Source: Octopus sinensis (Eukaryota). Taken from it: DNA of 57,038 nucleotides. Position numbers and translations under genes: made by a program. Numbering within the stretch: the first letter of the stretch is position 1; every line of letters starts with the position of its first letter. This document shows positions 37,654-50,420 of this stretch, in pieces. The notes under the pieces are model-generated. The model was not told the DNA's origin and searched no databases. It saw nothing but the letters and a program-made list of their open reading frames with translations. Where the stretch lies: positions 1 to 57,038 of the forward strand of contig NW_021833582.1 in assembly GCF_006345805.1 (NCBI RefSeq), written 5' to 3'.

Positions 37654-38865
37654 AGATGGTTGGTGATGGCTCGCTGGATCTCCTGGCTTAGGTCGGCCTT
37701 CATATTTTCCAGGTATGTCAGTAAAAAAGAGTTACTTGTTTGGTTTGCCACTTGGTCACAAGATACATATTTCAAGTTGGCGTTATTTGGTGTTTTTTCA
37801 TGGTTCTGTCTACGTTGTTTGATTGCAGGAGGGGAAACGTGGTTGTATTTTGTTCTTGTTGTTGTCCTAGATTTCCTCTGTTCCTGTTTATATCTATTCT
37901 GTGATCGTTTTGTGCCCTTCAGATGGTGGTAGTTGCATTCTGGGTTCAGGCACATCCTTTGTGAGACAGAAGTTTGGCACAGTTTAGGATGGAATAAGGT
38001 GCATCCATTGCCTCTTATGCATCCGTATTTAGGATCAGAACCATAGATTCTGTATTTAGGACAGTATTTGGGGTGGAGGTGGGGGCAATTTCTTCCTGTT
38101 ATACCGTATGGACAGGTGCCCATAGCAAGTCTACGACATAAGGTCGGATGGGGAAAAGCACAGCGTCCATTTTTGTTTGTGCCGCTGGGGCCAAATCTAC
38201 AATGGCCTTTAGAATAGTAACGCCAGGGGGTTCTATTTGGTTGTAGTAGTGGTTTTTCTATTTTGGCAGTAGTAGCAGTGGTGTTAGAAGCAGCTTGTTG
38301 ATTTTGTGATGGTGGGTTCTGGCTTGCCAGAATGTGGTCAAATCTGCAGCTGCCTTGAGAGTAGTAATGGCAGATAGTTTTACGCGGATGTAGTAGTGAT
38401 TTTCCTATTGTGGCAGTAGTGGAGAGTTGTTTTTGTTGTAGCAGCATTGGAACTTGACTAGTGGTAGTATTAGTGTTGTTGTTGTTGTTGTTGTTGTTTT
38501 TGTTGCTGTAGCGAAGGTGAAACTTGACTTGGTTCATCAGGTGCTGTTGACAATGGAAGTAGGTCAGTTGATTGTTGCTGTTGAAGTGACCCCTGACCTG
38601 TTGGAATTTGGTCATTTGTGGTACTGGATTCGTTGGCAAGAATGGCTTTTAGTGTAGCCATGTGCGCGTGAAAAATAGGGAATATCCTAACAATTTCTTT
38701 TAATTTTTTTTCTATCTGTTTTACAGATCTGTGAAAGGATTTTTTCGTCAAATCCTCAGTTATTTTACTGTAAACATTAGCTTCGTTGTGATGGATGAAC
38801 CAAGCGTTAATCATTGCAGTAATTTCATTTTCAACCCAGCGGCGTTTTTGAAAATTATTGGCCAT
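37593..38865 (-). pseudogene. LINE ORF1: N-terminal Myb/SANT(trihelix)-like domain + tandem CCCH zinc fingers, one frameshift near a (CAA)n tract
   Basis: MANNFQKRRWVENEITAMINAW..RSVKQIEKKLKEI. Intact CCCH fingers: CRRLAMGTCPYGITGRNCPHLH, CPKYRIYGSDPKYGCIRGNGCTLFH, CQTSVSQRMCLNPECNYHH. Two degenerate fingers lie upstream of these. Confidence 0.75.
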
Positions 38866-39566
38866 ATTCAGTGGGGTAGTGTTGTGTAATATATATATGT
38901 ATGTATGTGTATGCGTGTATATGTATATGTACACCAGTTATTGATGGCTTGATGTAAAATAGTGAATACACTGTTGAAAGGTTTGTGTCAATATACTCGG
39001 TAAATAGTGAATATATACATACAAAAAAATAAGGAGTAAATTATTGGCAAATGAAGGGTGCTATCTAACCATTATAGCAGGTAAATTATTTATTACCTCT
39101 GTTTACATATAAATTTAAAACAAACGGATATAGACTTTCATCTTATTGGAATTACACAGAATGACTCATGAGATCGTTGAGCAATTTAATCGACTCTAGA
39201 GTTCTACAATAAGAATCAGCGTATTGATTAAAGCCAAAATCAAAATTTATTCGTTGATAATATATTCACATTGTCACTAACGTGTCTCTTAGAAGGTAGG
39301 ACAAATACCAAATTCGAAGTAATAAAGTTGCCGCCTTTTAATATTGAAAAGGGCCTAGTCTAAATGATATTCCTGAATATTTAAACGTTGATTAAACTGA
39401 AATTAAATTTGTTAAAATCTCAAACAATGTAAACGAATAAGATATATCACAAAATATTTCCTTTCTTTCAATATCCATTCAAACTTTTAGGTATAATACG
39501 TAGAACATAATTTTAACGGGCAACAGATTCTCCTTTGTAATGCATTGAAAATAAATGATAATATAA

Positions 39567-39887
39567 TCTGTATATATAAGGCAGGATGTGTGTGTGTGCG
39601 TGTGCGTACGTGAATGTAATTTATGCACTCCACAAATTAGCACGAATGTCGCTCTAATTTTAGGAGGACATTCGTCTTGATCCTAGCTGTAATTTCGTCA
39701 ACTTATTTTCCCCAGAGGCACCAGCGAATATCGGTAAAAATAAATTTTCAACCAAAACTTTAAACAATTTTAAACTCGGAGAAATTCAACATTGTTTGCA
39801 AATATGAGCGACGAGTAAGTTTTTGCTAAGACTTGTTTTTTATCCATTGAAGAAAAAAGTGTTTTGTTGATATACGGGCAACACTCT

Positions 39888-39922
<35 letters not shown>

Positions 39923-40080
39923 ACACCTATTGCGTACCTGTCTTTTGTACGCATACATGTTCGTGTGTGTGTGTGACTGAAGCCATTTACACATAAATAT
40001 ATACATAACATCTCCTCTCTCACTCCCTCTCTTTTTGTCTGTCAATCAATCACTAAAAACGAAATAAAAAATCTGTTATC

Positions 40081-40118
<38 letters not shown>

Positions 40119-40392
40119 ACACACACTAACAAATCAACTCATACGCACTACACTTTCTGTATTGAACACCCCATCAAACACGCACGCACACACAAATATG
40201 CGGTGTGCAGCACAGAAAGTGTAGTGTGTATGAGTTGTTTTGATAGTGTGTGTGAAGACAGAGAGAGAGAGAGGGGGGGATTGTTATGTATGTATGAGTG
40301 AATGGCTTCAGTCACACACAAACACACACACGAACATGTATGCAGTACGTGTACGTATGTGTGTGTATGTTTGTGTGTGTGTTGCCCATACT

Positions 40393-40449
<57 letters not shown>

Positions 40450-41169
40450 ATATATATATATATACACTTAAGGCTTCGTTGTGATCTGAACATAACCGCT
40501 TCTGACACAGAGGATCGGGAGCCCTTTTGGGCATTCTATTTTACTTCTTGGAAGGGTTTCCAACCCATGGTCAAAGGGGACTTCGATTGGGGGGGGGGTC
40601 AAAAAGCTGGTATGTGCAACCCGATCACCTCTGCCGATCAAACTCCCAACCCATGCGCTCTCGTCGCGACACTGATTCTGCAGAACTGTGTTGGGTGTGA
40701 AAACCAAATTTAAAGTATAAAAATAATTCTATTTGGGGTAAAAAATCAATATACTGATTCCTTATGGGGTTTTCCATTTAATCAGGATAAAAAAACCCCG
40801 ATAAACCGATTCCTTAGAGGATTCCCCAATAAAATTGGCTACACCACATTTTCAGCCATAACGTTTACCAATTTTCATGCATTTTGTTCAAACTTGATGC
40901 CAGAATTACTTAGGATTCGTGGGATCTTCGAATGCTTTAAGTTCTCCAAAAACAAAAAACAAAAATCGATGAGTGGCAAAAACCGATAAACCGATTGCTT
41001 ATGGGATTTCCCAATCATATTGTCTGTAACTCATTTTCAGCCAAAAGTTTACCAATTTCAACGGATTTCGCTCAAATTTGACGTCGATGTTAGTTTGGTT
41101 GGAAATAAACAGCTTGATTAGCTTAATAATACTAACTTAATCCCGAGAAAAGCCGAGCTATACTGCTAG
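39567..41169 (+). mobile_element. Non-autonomous Helitron (candidate)
   Basis: 5' a|TCtgtatatataagg and 3' cccgagaaaagccgagc-tatactg-CTAG|t, i.e. inserted between A and T. Internal microsatellites and three ataaaccgatt..ccaat-type repeats. Confidence 0.55.
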
Positions 41170-41591
41170 TATACTATAATTCTTTAACAATTTATGTGTG
41201 AATTAAATGATTAAATTCAGTAGTTTATCAAAAGCCTATGTATTTTCTCAACGTAAACGAAACAATCAGAGTAGAGAGTACAAATGAAAAAAAGGTTAGA
41301 CCAAAGTCGGAATTATATTTGCGAGTTTTATTTGCGAAAATTTAAATTAAGAATGTCATTAAACATTTATAGTTTGATATTAGATGTATCTTGAGTATAA
41401 TATAATTTGAATGTGTGTGCGTGTAAGCGTGCGTGTGTGTAAGCGTACGTGTGTGTAAGTGTACGTGTGTGTGTGTCCGTGTGTATGTGCGTGTGTGTCT
41501 GAGATAGATACATAAATAGATAAGGAGAGAGAGAATGAGAGCTTGCTATGTGTGAGGGAGAGTGTGTATAAAATAGTAAAATGTTACTCAC

Positions 41592-41765
41592 CCAACTCCT
41601 TCTGTATATACTCCATTATTTCTTTATTTTCCGCGTGGATAAGCTGTCCTCGATCCATATTGCAATCGTCTGCAGCGTTATTCCATGATTTTCTACTTGA
41701 ACTTACTCGAAAACACAATCTCAATTCTGGTTTGTAAGTGTAGCCAGCTGATGTAGGACATTCAG
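41592..41765 (-). CDS. PAN + C-type lectin protein, middle coding exon (N-terminal CTLD)
   Basis: Acceptor ttgtctttctaaAG, donor GTGAGT, 174 nt, phase 1/1. Reads ECPTSAGYTYKPELRLCFRVSSSRKSWNNAADDCNMDRGQLIHAENKEIMEYIQKEL. Confidence 0.92.
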
Positions 41766-42539
41766 CTTTAGAAAGACAAGGAAAATATATTTCATGTGTT
41801 AAACCTTTTGGAAAAGTAATGACTGAACCACTTTTTCTGACCCCATTAACTGTAATATGACATGGAGGCATCTTCTCTTACCCAAAACACCTCAAATGAG
41901 ATTGATTTATAACTGTAGTTAAATTGATAGTCAGATTGAATTGATGAGCAAGTGGAATTGGTATTCAAGTAAAACTGATAGTCACTTCCCTCCCAGTTTA
42001 GTTTCTATATTCTCAATGAATTCTTTTCCAGAATTTTCTTTTCCAGAATTTTCTTTTCAAGAGCAATTTGGCCAACACCCATGCACCAATTTATTAGGTG
42101 TTACAATCTCTTATTCATCAAATTTCCACAAAACAAGGTGTCCAGTTGATATTCTATCCTCCAAAGTTATAAATGTATACTCATGAGCTGGTGCTAAACT
42201 CATGTATTTTAATACTTCACATTTCTTAATGAACATGCATGGAAACAGGTAATTGTATCATTAAAATTTAAAGATGTAACCTTTCTAACTTAATAACATT
42301 CAGACTGTTGTTCTTACCTCAAACAACTCTAATTTTATTGTAAACGATACCCTTCTTCATCGCCTTCAATCCTTTTCAGTTACTCAGACCTTATGTTTTC
42401 TTTAACACATTTATGAACACAATCTTGACAACTTCGAGTGACATAGTGCAGTTTTGGTTTTTTTAAATGATTTCCAACTATAGCTAATTGACGATGGTGA
42501 TGAACGTTACTTTACCTCAGTTCATGTGAGACAGGAGTT

Positions 42540-43690
42540 TACGAAATCTTTTGGTAGTAACAGCGAAAAGGAAGTTGAACCTGTAAGTGAAGGCCTCTCA
42601 TTCGGCAGTGGATCAGTAAAGATGCAGAATGTCCACAGCTAAACAGAAGAACTAGGGAGGAATTCAATATGAATAGAGGACCCCACCTAAGAGCAGTAGT
42701 AGCAAGATTATACTTATCTAGAAAGAAAGGCAGGAGTGAGTTAATATCAGTAGAAGACTGCGTGGAGATAGCTAGAGCAGATATAGACTCCTCTGTAGAT
42801 AATAGTGAAGAAAGTTTATTAAAAGCGTTAGAATTACAGCAAGGCAGAATGTAACCAAAAGCCCAAGCGAATTTAAAAACCAGAAAAATAAACAGAGAGT
42901 ATCTGACTGGCACGAGAAGGCATTGCATTATAGATTCTCAAAGATAGTTGCAGCAAAGAGTAGTAGTAAGACATGATTATGGTTGCAGAAATAAAAGCTG
43001 AAAAGGGAGACATAAAGTTTGTTAGTAGCTGCATAAAATCATGTACTAAGGACTAATTGGATAAAAGCCAAGACAGAAAAATCCAAGTAGATTCCCAGTA
43101 TAGTTTATGCAAATCAAACGAGGAACGCCTTACTGATATAGTAAATGAAAGTAGGATGCTGGCATAGAAAGAATACAAGAAAAGACATAACAACTAGGGA
43201 AAATAGTCAACTAGGAGTTATGTTGAAGGTTAGGATTTGAACATACTAATAAATAGTATGAATATGAATCTAGTAAAGTAATAGAAAGTAAGGAATACAA
43301 GATGTTGTGGGGATTTAACATTCAATCTGACAGAGTAATTGAAGCTAGAAGGCTTGATTTAGTAGTGGTAGATAAATAGAATATAATGTGCCAGATAATT
43401 GATTTCACAGTCCCAATTGAGGGAAAATTCAATATAAGAGGTATAGAATAAATAGCAAAGTACAAGTTCCTATCCATAGAATTACAGAAACTACGGAAAG
43501 TGCAGGTAAAACGTATTCCATTAGTTATAGGTGCATTGGGAACTATCCTTATAGATCTTAACAGATGGATAGAGGAAACAGGCATAAAAGCCAGTTTAGT
43601 AAAGCTTCAGGGACAGCTAGGATACTTAGGAATGTTCTTGACATCTAAGGTCACTTGTAGCTCGACGTTAGCATTTTTTTCTTTTACAAC
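42540..43690 (+). mobile_element. R4/Dong-clade LINE 3' relic (divergent family)
   Basis: NRGPHLRAVVARLYLSRKKGRSELISVEDC; WGFNIQSDRVIEARR; VKRIPLVIGALG. It is followed by (AAT)n at 43714-43780. Confidence 0.75.
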
Positions 43691-43710
43691 AGACTAATCT
43701 CTTGTGTGTG

Positions 43711-43780
<70 letters not shown>

Positions 43781-43781
<1 letters not shown>

Positions 43782-45576
43782 GACATCCCCATTAGAAGAG
43801 GAATATTCCAGGGAGACACGCTCTCTCCACTCCTTTTTTGCTTGGCACTGTCACCTCTATCTGATATGCTAAATAGAACTGGATGCGGATATAAATGTTA
43901 CGGCAAAACGATCAGCCACCTTTTATATATGGATGACCTAAAACTATACGCTGCAAATGACAAACAGCTGGAAACACTATTAAAGACAGTTCATGGATTT
44001 ACCAAAGAAATAGAGATGAAATTTGGATTAGAAAAATGCGCCAAAGTAACCCTGAAAAGAGGAAAACTAGTTAAGAGTAACCACATCACACTAGATAAAA
44101 CCAATGAAATAAAAGAATTAGACCAAAGCCAAACTTACAAATACTTAGGAATCCATGAACTAGATAAGACACAACACACACAAATGAAAGAGAAAAAAAA
44201 AAGAATATCATAGACGAGTTAGATCAATACTAAACACAGAGCTCAATGCTAAAAACAAGATAATAGGTATCAACACTTTAGCTGTCCCAGTTATAAGTTA
44301 CAGCTACAATATCCTTAACTGGACACGAAATGAACTGACCAAAATAGATAGGAAAACAAGAAAAATAATGACAGGATCTAGGATTCATCACCCAAAATCT
44401 GACATAGAAAGACTATATATACAACGTATAGAAGGTGGTAGAGGCCTTATACAGCTGGAAAACTACTATAAAATAACCACCATAGGACTGCAAAAATATC
44501 TACTTCAGAACGAAGGAAAACTGATCCAGATAGCGGCAAAACACGAGCAAAACAAAATACTGTTCTCAGTATTTAAGGAAGCTGACAAATACAAACAAGA
44601 AATCATACCACCTAATAAACACGAAGAAGAAGAAGAAGATGAAGAAACAACAAAAGCTATAAAACAAATGAAATCCAAACTAAAAATAGAACAGCAACGA
44701 ACCATGATAAAACGATGGCAAGAAAAGCCCCTTCATGGTAAATACTGGACTAAACTAAACGCAAAAGAAATAGACAAAGAAAAATCCCAGCAATGGTTGA
44801 GAAGCTCAAGACTCAAAGCAGAAACAGAAGGATTTTTAATTGCAGCAAAAGACCAAAGCCTCCCCACCAGAAATTACCAAAAACATGTAATGAAAAGAAA
44901 TATTACAAGTAATTGCAGAATATGTGGAGATGGACAAGAAACAATAAATCATATTATCTCTGGCTGCCCAGTCCTGGCTAAGAAGGAATATATTCACAGA
45001 CATGACAGAGTTGGAACCTACATACATTGGAAGCTATGCCAACATTATGGAATAACAACAGAAAAAAGATGGTATAGGCACACACCAGAAAAGGTCACAG
45101 GAAGCGAGAAAGCAACCATACTCTGGGATATGTCGATACACACAGATAGAGAAATTAAGGCCAACAGACCAGATATAGTTGTCAGAGACCATGAAGAAAA
45201 AAATGCTTTCTAATTGATGTATCAATACCGGCTGATGACAACGTGTCTCTAAAAGAAATGGAGAAACTCTCAAAATACAAAGACCTGGAAATAGAGGTAA
45301 CTAGAATGTGGAATCTGAAAACAGAAACAATTCCTATCATAGTAGGTGCATTAGTCATGATAAAAAAATATTCAGACAAATACATAACAAAAACACCAGG
45401 ACTTACAAACACGTATAACATACAGAAAATTGCACTACTAGGCACTGCACACATCCTACGCAGAACACTTTCCATACAATAACCATCAGAGCATCACAAC
45501 AAATCACAGCACATACCCAAGGCACACAGAGCTGCGCTCGGTAGTGAAGTGAAAGCACGCTATAAAAATAAAACTA

Positions 45577-45580
<4 letters not shown>
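43781..45580 (+). mobile_element. 5'-truncated R4/Dong-clade LINE, near-identical to 17426-21410
   Basis: Starts at DIPIRRGIFQGDTLSP immediately after (AAT)n. YMDDLKLY, the CCHC finger and REL domain follow, and it ends ataaaactactga followed by (ATA)n at 45581-45660. Confidence 0.93.
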
Positions 45581-45660
<80 letters not shown>

Positions 45661-46049
45661 TGTTGTTTGACCTTAACCAGTTGACAATGGCCCTTAGTGG
45701 CTGACGATATGCGCATCTCTGATTATGAGCAGAAGTATTGGGAGAGCATCATACCCGTGTATGTTTCACCTTTGGAAACATGGGTGGTTCGTTCAACATC
45801 CCTAAACAATCCTTATTCAGGGACCTTTTGAGCGGGATGTGTTACTTGACCAGAAGAAAATTCTAACTGGGCCCCTACTGCATCGTCATACGCTGTTTAT
45901 CTTGATATGAGGTCACCATGTCGCGCACATATGGTTGTTATGCATGTGCCTAGTGTACCCTTATCAGACAGGTATACTGGGCTGCGTATATTTTACCCCA
46001 GTGTCTCTTTGATGATAATAATAATAATAATAAAAATAATAAAGAAGTT

Positions 46050-48580
46050 GAAAACTTTTGGAAGGGGATCTGAAGTGATGAGAAACCATACAATGAAAAT
46101 GCAGAGTGGATCAAACGCACCCAAGATGACAAGAAAAATCTACAAGAACAGGTATGGGAAGACATCTCAATCGCCGACCTAAGGAGAGCACTAACGAAGG
46201 CTCACAAATGGAAATCCCCTGGTATTGATAGAGTACCAAATTCGTGGCTCTCATCACTCTCGTCCACATATAAAATGTTAGTAATACTATTTAATAGCAT
46301 TATGAAAGAACCGAAAAAAACACCACATTGGATGGCAAATGGTATTACTTACCTCCTCCCCAAAAATAACAAAACGAAAGACCCAAAAACTATTGGCCTA
46401 TAACATGTTTATCTACTACCTATAAGATCTTGACATCTATTCTCGTAGAGAAAACATATACGTTTATGGAAAACAATAACCTCTTTCCCACTGAACAAAA
46501 AGGATGCAGACGAGGCTCATACGGATGCAAAGATCAGCTCCTAATTAATCGCATGATCCTTGAGAATTGCCATAACAAGCGCAGAAATCTCAGCTCTTCA
46601 TGGATTGATTATAAAAAAGCCTTTGACAGCATACCACATTCGTGGATTCTGAAATCGCTGGACATTTTTCAAATTTTCTCCTGTGATTTCAGATTTTTAA
46701 AGTATAGTATGTCCCTATGGAACAGGAAGCTCAAATTATATCATTCTAATGGTGTATTGCACTCAAACAACATTAGCATAAACTGTGGAATTTTCCAAGG
46801 TGACTCACTTTCACCACTAATATTCTGCATAGCACTAATACCACTCTCAAGTGAACTGAATAGAACAGGATATGGCTACAAAATTGACAACAGGAAAATA
46901 AGCCATCTATTTTATATGGATGACTTAAAGCTATATGGCAAAGATGATGAAGAGCTTGAAGGATTATTACATACTGTGAAATGATTCAGTGATGATATCG
47001 GGATGGAGTTTGGCCTTGAAAAGTGTGCCAAAGCAACTTTTAAGAAAGGGAAATTGGTAAAGTCTAGTTCAATCGAATTAGATGTCGAAATAGTAATAAA
47101 GGAACTTGAGCAGGAACAAACCTATAAATACCTAGAATAAATGAAGGCTCTGGTATCCAGCATGCAAGCATGAAAGAGAAGGTTAGGAAAGAATGTTATA
47201 GAAGAGTCCGCGCAGTCCTGAAGTCTGAGCTGAATGCATATAATAAGGTTTTAGCCATAAATTCGTTAGCAGTACCAGTTGTTCTTTACAGCTTCAATGT
47301 GCTTAACTGGAATACCAGTGAAATAATGAAAATTGACCGAAAATTCCGCAAGCTACTGACATGTAATAAGATGCACCATCCAAAGGCAGACGTGGATCGC
47401 CTCTACCTTCTCAGAGCTCAGGGAGGTCGAGGTTTGATCCAGCTTGAACTTACATACAAAAACACCACAATCGGACTGGCCAAATACATTGAAGCAACCA
47501 ACGATTGGATGCTAAAACTTGTTGAAAAACATGAAAGACATAAAAAACTTCACTCTATTCTCAAAGAGAGCAAAAAATTCGCTGCTGATCTCTTAGATAC
47601 CCGCCAGATTGAGCAGGCTGAAGGAAATGCGCCAACTGCAGCCGCAAAGAAAATAAAATTAATTGCAAAGACAAAAGCACATGAAAATTTAGCTAGCAGT
47701 TGGGAACAGAAACCTCTCCATGGCAAGTATGTGGCTCGTAGCAAACAAGCTGATGTCGACCAGAAACACACGCACCAGTGGTTACGAAGTTCAGGGCTAA
47801 AAGCAGAGAGTGAAGGTTTCATATTAGCTGCTCAAGACCAAAGCTTATTTACCCGGAACTACCAAGCCAATGTGATGAAAAATGGAGCTGACCCAAAATG
47901 CCGATTCTGTAACAATGAGATTGAAACAATAGACCACCTAATCTCAGGGTGTAGAGTCTTAGCCCCTGCAGAATATAAAGCAAGGCATGACAGAGTCGGC
48001 CAGTATTTACACTGAACAATATGTCGGCATTATAAAATCAAAACCGCTGACAAATGGTACAAACATCATCCTGAAGCTGTGACTGAGGGAGAAAATGTGT
48101 CGATTCTATGGTATTTCCCCGTGCAGACCGACAGAACTATAAAAGCCAATAAACCGGATATCATTATAAAAGATCCGACGAAAAGTATTTGTTTATTAAT
48201 TGACACGAGTATTCCCTGTGATCACAATATAGCGGCGAAAGAATTTGACAAGATTAGTAAATATAAAGACCTGCTAATGGAAATTGAAAAAATGTGGCAT
48301 CTCAAGGCGACTACAGTACCAGTGATAGTAGGATCTCTAAGAATGATAAAAAAGGTACTGAAACCTATTTGAAAATGATTCCAGGCATACCATCCCTACA
48401 GGATGTGCAAAAAATCGTATTAACTGGAACGGCTCATGTACTGAGAAGAGCACTATCGTTGTGAAAATAACATCCATCCATGAATTTATTTATTTATTAA
48501 GTTTTAAATACATATTTTCTCTGTTAATTTGCGCGTGTAATCTGGGAATGCATACAATGAGCTTCTCTGCCCTAGGTGTA
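46050..48580 (+). mobile_element. 5'-truncated R4/Dong-clade LINE, second subfamily
   Basis: EQKGCRRGSYGCKDQL; WIDYKKAFDS; GIFQGDSLSP; YMDDLKLY; CRFCNNEIETIDHLISGC; KPDIII..LIDTSIP. It begins after a short (AAT)n at ~46013-46050 and contains stops and frameshifts. Confidence 0.92.
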
Positions 48581-49231
48581 ACAACGTGGCGTTAACAACG
48601 AAGATATCATAAGTAGTTGTCCGAAAATGTCGTCACGTTATAAAACTACCGATGAGACATGATGTCGTAGCTACATGCATACTTAAATACATAGGCACAT
48701 ACATAACACCACATATACATATATATAATTACACACATACTTACATGCATACATACGTACGTGCATGCATTCATCTAGCGGAAATGTCTTTAAACATAAC
48801 ACGAACAGGGTTGATCGTAGCCTTAACTAACAGAACAACAACAATGACCAGAAGAATAATAGCAACAGGATGAATAACAACAATAACATATAACTTGAAG
48901 GGAAACCTCAATGATTCTAGACTAATTACGTGGGCAGAATTGTATGGATCACAGTTTGGGATACTATTGTTTCTGTTTGCAATCATGGAAACACTTCAAT
49001 AAGTGGAAATTAAAAAATAACAGAAAAGGAAAGAAATACGTAACAGTTCCTCAATCAACAATAACAAAAAAACACACTTATACACAGCACCGATTACAGA
49101 TGGTATCAGCCATTCTTTTACAAGGCACCCTGTTAATATCAAATTAAATAATAACAAATAACGTATTCTACGAAGTGAAAGGAAAAGTAAAAATATTCAC
49201 AAGACATACACTAGAAAAGAAAAATACTCAC

Positions 49232-49586
49232 TTGCTTGTAGCATGGTGTAAATACTGTTTGGAGGAATGTCAATGAATGGTGTGGCAACAGGTAGTTGCT
49301 TGACTTTACGTAGAATACATATTTTATCGGAAACGCTGTAAATAATCATAGTACATTCGGAGTATATCACACAGTGAGAAAAACACTCAATTTTCGATCG
49401 GATGTTTGATATTTGATTCAATTTGTCTTCTTTTGGAATGCCAGTTACAGAAGGGTGAACACGGGTCCCATAATATTCTCTGAAAGCTGCATTACTTCCC
49501 AAGCATAATTGGAATAACAGCATTGAGAAAATAATTATGTGAACATTTGCTTTTCGAATGACGACACTAACTGAGAAGCAATACAT
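49232..49586 (-). CDS. PAN + C-type lectin protein, first identified coding exon (signal-peptide-like segment + PAN/Apple domain)
   Basis: Hydrophobic HIIIFSMLLFQLCLG followed by the PAN core ECFSHCVIYSECTMIIYSVSDKICIL. The phase-1 donor GTGAGT at 49231 joins exon 41765 in frame. The 5' boundary is uncertain: either the in-frame ATG at 49586 or an acceptor (ttctcAG) giving exon start 49570. Confidence 0.85.
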
Positions 49587-50103
49587 ATTTCTTTATTATA
49601 TTGTATTAAATAGCACTTCAAATATTTACAATTTAGGAAATAATTACCACTTCTCATGCACAAAACTTTTCTTTCTCGTTAAATATATTTCGTATTGAAT
49701 AATCACAACGTTTTAGCTTTACTCTCTTTTATTTAAAACAAACTGAAAATGTATCTGCAAACAAAACTGAACTGCATGACACTAACCATGAATCTCAACC
49801 AATGCTGTGAAATACTATCCAAATGAATATATATTTATGTGTGTGTGCTTATGTGTGTGTGTGTCTGTGTGTGTGTATACTTCTGTGTGTTTGTGTCAGT
49901 GTGTACGCACACATATATACAAGACAAGTTTATACTTGCAGTGTACAGAAATGGCCTTAACAATTGAACACGCACATAGGACACACCTACACACGCACAC
50001 AAACACACACACACACACACTCACATACACATATTGCATACACATAAATATATAAAGATATATATATAAATATATACATATACATATTCAGTTACATAGA
50101 TAC

Positions 50104-50420
<317 letters not shown>

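Larger units (their letters stand above)
34545..38935 (-). mobile_element. Near full-length CR1/L2-group LINE (ORF1 + APE-RT ORF2) inside lectin intron 2, sense orientation
   Basis: ORF1 38865-37593, ORF2 37653-34737 in three frames. The 3' end runs into (TA)n at ~34545. The 5' limit is approximate. Confidence 0.92.

Noticed and set aside
42026-42062. Short tandem repeat gaattttcttttcca x3
   Set aside because: Ordinary slippage duplication in an intron.
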